From Catajapyx aquilonaris (lineage: Eukaryota): a DNA stretch of 64,000 nt. The notes beneath the pieces are model-generated. The model was not told the DNA's origin, did no database searches, and saw only the letters and a program-made list of their open reading frames with translations. The stretch covers positions 1-64,000 of the forward strand of contig KZ537975.1 of NCBI GenBank assembly GCA_000934665.2, written 5' to 3'. The translations under genes and the position numbers were made by a program. Shown one piece after another: positions 55,301-64,000 of this stretch. The number at the start of each line of letters is the position of its first letter. The first letter of the stretch is position 1.

Positions 55301-58300
55301 TGACCCACGTCCCGGTCCTAATAAGAATTATCGACAAAATTTCAAGCAGGCTATAAAGAAACTGGATTTTTGAGCCCCCAGAATACATGTGGTCACCCCT
55401 CCGAAGAGTTGTGGGGATCCCCCGCGGGTGCCATGGCCGCATATTTCCCCTGCTCTCTCGCGGTGTTGAGGACCATCCTCAAGCGCTAAGTGGAATTATA
55501 ACGACCGACAATTGGGTTACTATATCTTCGGTCCAATGGAGGAAATATTTCTTCTGAGAGATGACCCTGCGTGTGCGTGATATCTTCACTGCGAGAAGCA
55601 TGAGTTGTGTGACTCATTTATGGACGCCCGAGGACAGGAGTACATGTGACCCCTGACGAGTAATGATACCAGTATTTTACGCTTTATGCGGTTTAGAAGC
55701 ATGTGCGCGACTTTCTCCCGGAGCAAAAGTATGAGTTTGGAAATCAAAATAGATGTTGAAGACAATGGTAAAGTGCGCCCTTGGCCTGGCAAGACATTGT
55801 CATCGAAGCAAGGACAAATTAAACGACACGAAATGGCAAAACTGCTCGTTTTATGTCGTTATAACTGGTACTCTACCGTTACTAACTCGGCAATCAGGTA
55901 TTTATTGGCCACGTTACAAGTATGACTGCGGATAAAGCAATTGTAATAATTGATATTGAAAGCAAATTCTCGATCTGATACGAAAACCCTTTTAATTGAC
56001 AGCTCCAAGGACTTGACGGGGGGAAATAACGGGACATTTTGACAGACTCGACCTATGGTCCGAATCTAAACAATTTGTGGGGGGGTTACATATAAGGCCA
56101 GATTTTCCATAACACAAGTTCTCCATGGGACTCTCCACACAAGCATCGCACATATGCTACGCCTCCTCATAAATTCCGAACCACACACGAGAGCTGAATT
56201 CAAAGACACTTTTAAGTTTGCAAATTATCGCCCCCCTTTGCTCCAACGGATGATAAAGATGTCACCTTGAGATAGGCAAGAAAATAACACAGAAGGTCGC
56301 CTTCTTCCTGATTCGTACCACCTTCTGAGTACGTGGCAAAAACTGAATAATCAGGCCACCCCAATTAAATTAAAACGTTTTCCCGTACTCTTACAAGCGT
56401 CGTGCAAGGTTCTTGATTCACTTTTCAAGTCATGAATCTGTCGCGGATATGTGCTTTTTGATTCATTCTTGTTTTTGCTTCATTCTTTGGTCTGAGGCAC
56501 AGAAGTGGTGGGCAAGCATCCAGTTTGGCACAAGCAGTGTGAATGGCCGTTGGTTGACGAAGAGGTGCAAGAGACTTGATGCCTATCGAGGTGGCTGGGG
56601 TGCGCCGCCCCTTTGCCCAGAAAACAGGTCCTCTGAAATCTCCTCAACGGCCACCTTTTGCCTTCTTCTCCACTATATTTTTTTTTACTGTTCTACCACC
56701 CCACCTCAACCGATGCGCATAACTCAAGCGAGCCCAAAGGTATATGGCTTGTCTTGCACCGAATCCTCCTCCAAATAGTTTATGAAGTGCCGGGCCGTAA
56801 ATTGTTTTCCGTTTGCTTGAGAAGTTTCGCCAGTGCTTCTAATGCGATACGTATCTCCCTCCAACGCCATTTCCTCAATCCGCGGTTGGTTATCTGATGA
56901 ACTTGAGCTCGAGCTGAAAATTTCCATTTTAATTGGTGTCGCCAAACACCTGGCAAAGTTTAAAATCTAGCGGGTTCTAAAAACGGAGCTGTCTTTATTT
57001 TAAACTGTCAGTAAGTGGCTGGAATGTTGTTTCATCTTCAAAAGGTCGACAAACCGCACCAACACCAGTTTCCAACTTGGTGACCATTAATATCGAGCAA
57101 CACGTCTCCAATATATGAAAAACCCTAGGGAAAAGCCCAGCGGCTTAATAAGAAACACAAATCAAAATGTTTTTTTTTTTTAAAACTTCCAGCCTCTGTA
57201 TGGTCCATTCCGCGCGACCGGTGTCCAATTTATTTGGAATTCCATTCTCAAAGTGAAGAGATGCAGGTGGAAACAACACAAAAAAAACACATCCAAAAAG
57301 AAGATGCCTACATTTGCTCTTTGACAAAAACTGGAGCCGCTCAGATTTCCTATCTTGCTTTTCGAGAGCCCCTCTTTATCCTGCGCATCAACAATCTGCA
57401 CCATCTGTCAAGCCCATATCAACTATTTTAATGACTAACTGACGATAGACTTGCCTATCAGATTGCAAATGATTCTCCTAAAAGTGCCCAGCGAGACTAT
57501 ATACACACGAGCAAATTGCGGTAGTGTTTAAAAATTTTAATACAAAGTTGGTCCTATGCTAAGAAAATATTAATTCAGCCTCCGTTTTTATCAGAGAACC
57601 ACCGTTAGTACTGCATAATGAAGCCGGCAGGGGAGCACTTTTTTCTATTCTTTACTAGAGTGAATCGAAGGTGCGCAAGGCAGTCTGAGGGTTCCCATCT
57701 CAATCGAGCAAACTGATGAGCCGGAGCCCTATTGATAAGCATCCAGACAAGGCCTGATCAGCAGCTGGTCCTATCTGCATCCAATCTGGACTTCCATCTT
57801 CTTGGCTATGCATACCAGGACCTGGACCCCTCGGTCTCGTTTCCGAACCTCATAAATTATTAGGGGACAAAACGCGGTCTAATAGGAAAAAAAACTCAGC
57901 ACGTGGTGTCACCTTATGGCAGGTGCGAGTGCATCACCAGGGTGATATGTGCAAATGAAATGCAGATAACGGTGTCCATAACGTGCCAATCATGTGATTT
58001 TCCAATCGGTCTCAACCTCCAGACAATGCCAGTGCCCATACTAAAAGGTCAATCTTATTTGGGCGCACCCCTCGGTTCTGGGGGAAGCATATGGAGGTGG
58101 TCCCTTCCGGGGTCATAGCAGACCTATACTCCTTTATGGGGATGTGAGATGGGTGATCTCCACCTTATGGGTGTTGCCACCCTTTTTTTGTATTTCGTAA
58201 TGTGAATAAGATTTTATAGGTCCATGAAGTAAAGTTTGAGCAGGTTTCCGCTTCAAAGATCACCCACTGCATTTGAGCTAAAAATATGTTGCAAAATAGG

Positions 58301-61300
58301 GTAGTCTATCAATTCTGGGAGTTATTATTATTATCAGCCAATAGGTGCGATGGTTCGAATTATTTAAAAGTAAACAAAATATCGACTAGAAAGATTGTGC
58401 AAAAATATATATAAATATTGCACATGTGAAGCGAGGAAAGAGCACGAAATAATTAACAGAATAGTGCAAATATTTATGCTGTTTCATTTTTTCGCAAGAC
58501 ATATCCTAGGTAAGAAATTAGGAAAAGGAAAAGGTTTCTCGATTGCCAGACAGGTAATCAATTGCGGGTCTAACTGGTTCCATCTTCTGCTAATTACCCC
58601 AAAAGAGGTTGTTTGGAAGGTTCGTCATCCGACGATTGTTGCGGGCAGTTGACGACCGCAAATTACAGCATTTAAAATGACTTAATCCCTTTTCTCATCA
58701 TTCTGCTCAAAACTTTACTTCAATTCCCCCTCTAGCTTAATTACAGTAATTTGAAGTTATTTCTCCCGTAATTAGCGGGAGTAGGATGGAAATAAATCAA
58801 AAGCCTGCTTTGCAACAAAAGAGGCACAATTTTTGTGGGTTTTCCCCCCCATACGACAGGTGTGTGTGTGCAAATACGTTCCTGTCGCATAACTTTCTAG
58901 AGGAATAAATAAAATCCGGTTAAAAAAATAAACATAGAGTCGAGCGTTGCTCTTTGAACCCTGATGTGTAGAATTGTCACCTCGTCTCCTCTTGTCGCAG
59001 CAGGCAACTTCCTGCCAGCTTTTGTCCTCAGGTCTGTTTGAAATTCAAGCAATGACGGAAAAGAGCGGGTTGGAGAAGAAACTAGAAAAAAAAAGAAGTT
59101 GTGGTCGGATTCGAGTCCATGTCACCATAAGACTTTGACAGACTGACGGACACCTCTGGCTCGGACAGAAACCCCGCCGGTCTTGTCCAAATATTTCCTT
59201 CAGTTGGCCATGCAGGTGACACTCATTTGTCAGCAAGGAATTGAAGCCGTTGGTCGAGTCGAGCAGCGGGAGGCGTGAGTGGACCGATTACCGGTTAGTT
59301 ATGTCCGGACCGGACGACTTTTATTGGGAGGGTGCGACGAATTGTGTGTGATTTTCCTCTGCACCGAGATTGGAATCCGTCGTTTTTCTTTCGCACCCTG
59401 TTGCCACCTGTGGTTACACTCTTTGTAGGAAGCGATATGACTTGCCGTTATCAGGGAGTAAACTGGTCAATGAACATGGCCACACAATGCGTCCGGACCC
59501 AATAATCCGCAATACCTAGGCACTTTTTTCGTTAAAAAAAATTGTGGGTGTCCCCCCAGTTGTAAAAGCGACCCCCTGCTGTTGTCACCACGGCCGCTGG
59601 TGCACCCATGGAGATGACACCTGAGGGACATCAACCGGACATACCAACCTGGACATGAGCCAGCCTCGACTTTATACGCGTTCTTGAAAATACCGACATC
59701 CGATGACATCGAATAACATAATTATATCAGAATCAACCTTTCAAGACTCGAGTTGATGGCTACCACTTGAAGGCAATCGGGTTCCGGACCACGCAAAGTG
59801 GACGCTAAACTTTGTAATATTCCTTGAGAAAATGTTTATGGAAAAAGAGTCTGACCTTCTTCGGTTGTCTCGCCAACTCTGGATTTATGGGGCTGGGAAG
59901 CAGGTATTTTTTGGTTGGAAAAAGGAGGACGTGACTGATAAGCCAACCCCCGCAATTAAGTGGACTCTTGTTTTTAGTGGGTCTTAGCACATGTTGTCCT
60001 CCTTTTGGAAAAGTTGGCAGCCAAAAAGGCATCCAGGTAGTGGTGGTTGGACCTCACACACACAGGGCTACTACCCCTGACAGGGTGAGGCGCAGGGGGT
60101 CCGCTCAAGAGGTCTCCTACGCGACAGGCTATGACTTTTCCACGACACCACACACAACCGCTCTCCATTTGTCTCCGGGGACTAAAAATAGAGGCCAAAC
60201 GGTATACCCGTGTCACAAATTTCGCAATATTTCAACCGGGTGTCACATAAATTTTTTTAAAGTTGCGATTTTAATTATGACGTTCAGTTGACATTTATGA
60301 CACTTCTGGTAACTGAACTCCACGTTTTTCATCACAACTCTGGTGGAGAAATATGATAGTGCTATCCCATATCAAAATAGGCGGAGAAAGATAGCGACGA
60401 TGAAAAGCCACCACAGGAGCTTTTTCTTCCTCCCTGTGGGTTCCTACTTATCCACGCTTCTAATGCCACATGTGACAACCTCACCTTACGCGTCACACAC
60501 ACACACAAAAAGTAGACGTATTCCTACTGTATCACACAAATAGCTACGCATAATGCGTAGGCGACATTCCCGTTAAGAAGCGACGCCCCTTGATATTGAT
60601 GGACTGGATAACTCCTCTTTTTTTCTTTTCATGTTTGTTTTTTTGGAAGTTTAAGAAGGGGCAGGAAGTGGAGTGGAAGCCAGCTGACGCGCACATTGCA
60701 TAATTGCACTTCAATCCGGTTTTGGCAAACCGGGGCTTAAGTAATATGCCACAATGTTTGCAGGAGTAATGACGAAGTGGCTCATACATTACACATTACG
60801 GGCCAAATTATGTCTCCAAAAACTTTATTTTGTCGCCCAACTTTAAACAGGCTCGTAAATCCCAAAAGGAATACCAATTACACCCTGCATATCTCGATAG
60901 ATCCTTTTATTTTTTCTAACTAGTGTGAGGAGAAGCGAGCTATTATACCTTTTGCACAACCAGTTCGGTAATAATTTGCCATCCCGATTTTAAAGACAAG
61001 AAATGTAGGCGGGCACATAAAAAAAACAAGATGAAGGATTTACGAAGCTTTGAGATGGTCTCATTATCGATATCTGAGCTGGAAATTGCATCGCAGATCA
61101 TTCCTCCAGCGTTTTCATAATTTATAATTTGTATCCCGTTCTTGTTAGCTTAAGGCCTCAATTTTTTCGCAATCATAATAAAGCCCGTTTACATGGCACC
61201 ACAGGACAAATCGCATTATTCTTTAAATCGTATATTGTAGTAAGCACCATAGGACGAAGCCCATTATTTTAAAATAGATTCATCTTTAAGGCGCTTTTAA

Positions 61301-61686
61301 CTACCTTGTGAACCACCCTGATGGGCAGCACTTTCCCAATGGGGGCTTTCAATTGAACACAATTTCCTTTCGCTAAATCCCTTCCGAAACCCGTTACCTG
61401 CAAATTGCCAAAAGGACAAAAAAATCATTCATCGCCTGAATTCGATAAGACAGGCAACACCTGTGACACGAGACCCGGAGCGATTGCAGCACCGGGGCCG
61501 CCCCCATCTGAATACAAAAATCCGGCAGTCTTTTATCTGAACCTGATAAAAGGGCCGGTGGTCAAATCCCCGCCGCCTTACGACCCCAAACTCTCTATTG
61601 AGTTGCCAGAGAAGCAGGCAGAGTGTCCCCACCTGCCCACCAGGACCTCAACTATGCTTCTCTATCCGCCCAACAGGTGAGAGAGA

Positions 61687-62007
61687 GGGGCAGGGGATGG
61701 GAAGAGGGGGGGTATATATTCAACCAGGTGAGAGGGGGCGCCTTGGGATCCGATTGGTGGCCATGTGACAAGTGCTGCTTGGGATTGGAGGGCCTCTGAG
61801 GCGCCATGGACGACCCACGCGGTGGTATCACAAGAGGGGGGATAGAATGGATGGATAGAGTGGAGGAGAGAGGGGGGGGGGGCAGAAAAAGAGATGCCCT
61901 CCTACTCTCCTCAGGGACACTAGTCTTGTGGTGTCGGAGAGGGCACCCGGCGTGCCCCGTCCACATGCTGTGCTGTGATTGTGCTGGTGGTACACTGTGC
62001 TGACCTC
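61687..62007 (+). promoter_or_regulatory. Candidate promoter / 5' UTR of a second gene
   Basis: GC-rich block with four G-runs (61687-61712), two inverted CCAAT boxes (GATTGG at 61752 and 61783, 31 bp apart) and an E-box CATGTG between them, directly upstream of an ATG-initiated exon. Confidence 0.5.
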
Positions 62008-62109
62008 ATGTCGTCGGGAGCGACGCTGCTGGCGCCTGCCAACGACGCTCTCGGACAAAACCGACGATTCACAACTGTCCTCCCACCTGACATGGCCGAA
62101 TTCACCGAC
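62008..62109 (+). CDS. Probable first coding exon of an unidentified downstream gene (MSSGATLLAPANDALGQNRRFTTVLPPDMAEFTD, 34 aa)
   Basis: GC-rich open frame from ATG 62008, second in-frame ATG at 62092 in gacATGG context, phase-0 donor GAC|GTAAGT at 62110-62115, then a shift to AT-rich sequence. Confidence 0.55.
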
Positions 62110-62480
62110 GTAAGTCACACTTGTTGCTCCTACTTCGCTAAAATATTAAGCCCTCTCACGAACCTCCCCATATGCTGATATCATTCGCATTGTTGACATT
62201 GTTGCTCATTCGCAGTGTGTGCATATTATGTTGCATCAGCAAGTGCATAATATTTTGCATATAATAAAGTGTGTAATATAATATGCATTTTTGGCAACAC
62301 AGGAGTAAAAATTTTCACAATAAGCTTATGCATAATTTTTAAAATGCATTTATGTTCATTTCGGATATTAAGAAGAAAATATCTGATTATGTGCAAATGA
62401 ATCGAATCACAATCCCGTTTCGTACAGGTGTTCACAATGCATAACCTGTCATAATTGGAAATTTACTACTCGAGTTTATC

Positions 62481-62636
62481 AGGGTCCGGTTGTATCGCCT
62501 CCAGGAAACATTTCGTGGCAGCTATCAATTGTTGTCAACAATTCGGGCACTTTATGCACCAAAATATGAATGCCAGGTTTTGAGCCTATAACCGGATTTT
62601 TTTTTTTTGTCAATTTCGTCTGATACAACCGGGCCT
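62481..62636. mobile_element. Degenerate MITE-like element with terminal inverted repeats (family B-type end)
   Basis: agggtccggttgtatc (62481-62496) and gatacaaccgggcct (62622-62636) share an 11-bp perfect inverted core ccggttgtatc. The left end continues gcctccaggaaacatttc, like the 44.6 kb element. Confidence 0.6.
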
Positions 62637-63362
62637 ATGATTCAGCAATGATTCATTACTTCCGTTGCTCCATATTCCCACACACGGCGAGACGGCACGC
62701 CAGCTAAATACTTGATCGCCTCTTGATGATGGAAGGCTGTGCTTTGCCTGTCCGGCTTGTCCTCGCCCAGAAAGAAAAAAAAAGAAGAAAAGAATGTGCC
62801 GTGTTGGACAGTCCCAACTTTAAGCGCTTGGGGAAACCCTTGGAATCAATGACAACGCTTTATTATTATCCGTCGGTTTGCTTTATTGTGACGCTGTCCA
62901 TAAATGTTTTTGCGTGCCGGGGATATATTTTCTCATTGAAATTCCTGCCTTGGAGTGTTTGGGACAGCCCATCCGTGACGCCACAATTACCGGGCCAAAG
63001 GTGCCTTTTATCCTTCTTGGCGGCGGCCCACGGCGGGTATTTCCTTTTCTTTTCTTACGTTTCAAATTGAATGTTGCGTAGATAAGGCGGGCTTCTTGTC
63101 ACTAAATCAGAGATATTGCCCCTTTTTTTAAACATTTATAGGAAATAAGGTGTTTGGGGGTGAATTGATGGAAGTCTGCTTCGAAAAATGATTTATGAAT
63201 GTGTGAAACATGGAAATGTGGACAGCATTAATTTAGAAGTGCGCTAAGATGCCAAATGGCATAATGTGGCGTTTAGTGTTGCTATATAGGCCCACGCAAC
63301 AATTCGGTTTACAGAGTGTCAAACTAGCTGTGATAATAATTATTACTATAAATTAATGATAG

Positions 63363-63377
63363 TATTGTTATGCAAAT
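63363..63377 (+). promoter_or_regulatory. Sox-Oct (HMG/POU) composite motif
   Basis: TATTGTTATGCAAAT matches the canonical CATTGTTATGCAAAT composite at 14/15 positions. Confidence 0.45.
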
Positions 63378-64000
63378 GAATAAGTTGGAATACGGCCGAT
63401 TATGGAAAGGCACGCATACATTACACGGTCAGGTGATTTTTTCCTAGTGTGGGAATGGTTCCCTCAAGTCACTCAAATCAGTAACATGCCTTGTATATGT
63501 TAATGTCTCTACTTGCTCGAGCTATTAACAATTCGCTGCGACACAACTTTATCAACAAGTTCACGTCAAACTGGACTACCACCGCACATAATGAAACATT
63601 AAAGAGCATAACTTTACGACGCGGAATCACACCATCACATGCTCCATATCTAACATGCCCGACTATCGATTTTAACACCAACTTCATTCATTGCCATAAA
63701 CAAACCATATAACATTACGACGCAGACAGGAAGAAAAAAGGGGGACAAACGGAGATAACGGTTTTTATATACGGCCAGAATGTTCAGAATCGCCTTGCTT
63801 TACAACCCCCGCAGCATATTGCAGGCCATGAGATTTATCCTATATAATTACCGAAACGATGTCTTTCATCCTGGCGTCATACCACGGATTAGATAATAAC
63901 CCCTTAGCCCGGGTATCTAAAAAATGTAATGCATGCAGGTTGATAACATCCTTACGTGCTGTCTCGTACAACCATACCGCCACGTTTATTATTGCCGCTC

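Noticed and set aside
60235..60311. Possible Tc1-like terminal inverted repeats (accgggtgtcacataaat / atttatgacacttctggt)
   Set aside because: Short, gapped match. Similar weak inverted repeats at about 23250-23385 and 50341-50425 were also too degenerate to call.
4300..61600. The many 60-170 aa ORFs in the intergenic track
   Set aside because: No recognisable domains or coding-like composition, many use non-ATG starts, and the lengths are compatible with chance.
4524..63456. Scattered Su(H)/CSL (YGTGRGAA) and Zelda-like (CAGGTAG) words
   Set aside because: By-eye counts are close to chance expectation, with no tight clusters or paired sites.

Overview
This window looks like animal (invertebrate-type) genomic DNA: one spliced zinc-finger gene, many short fold-back repeats, and no prokaryotic operons, CRISPR arrays or RNA genes that I can recognise. 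The one firm gene is a Kruppel-like factor of the KLF1/2/4 group. Its large terminal coding exon is at 2150-3226 (+), starting after a clear splice acceptor, with a roughly 1 kb 3' UTR ending near AATAAA signals at 4166 and 4231. About 57 kb follows with no recognisable protein-coding sequence. It holds short palindromic or MITE-like elements, at least three small dispersed repeat families and candidate regulatory motifs. At about 61.7-62.1 kb there appears to be the promoter and first coding exon of a second + strand gene (MSSGATLL...MAEFTD|gtaagt). I found no clearly new biological system. The best leads are a palindrome that may supply the KLF start codon and splice donor, a perfect 70-nt hairpin, a motif-rich Helitron-like repeat family, a near-canonical Sox-Oct element, and the possibility that the downstream gene is a tandem KLF paralogue. 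All alignments and counts were done by eye.
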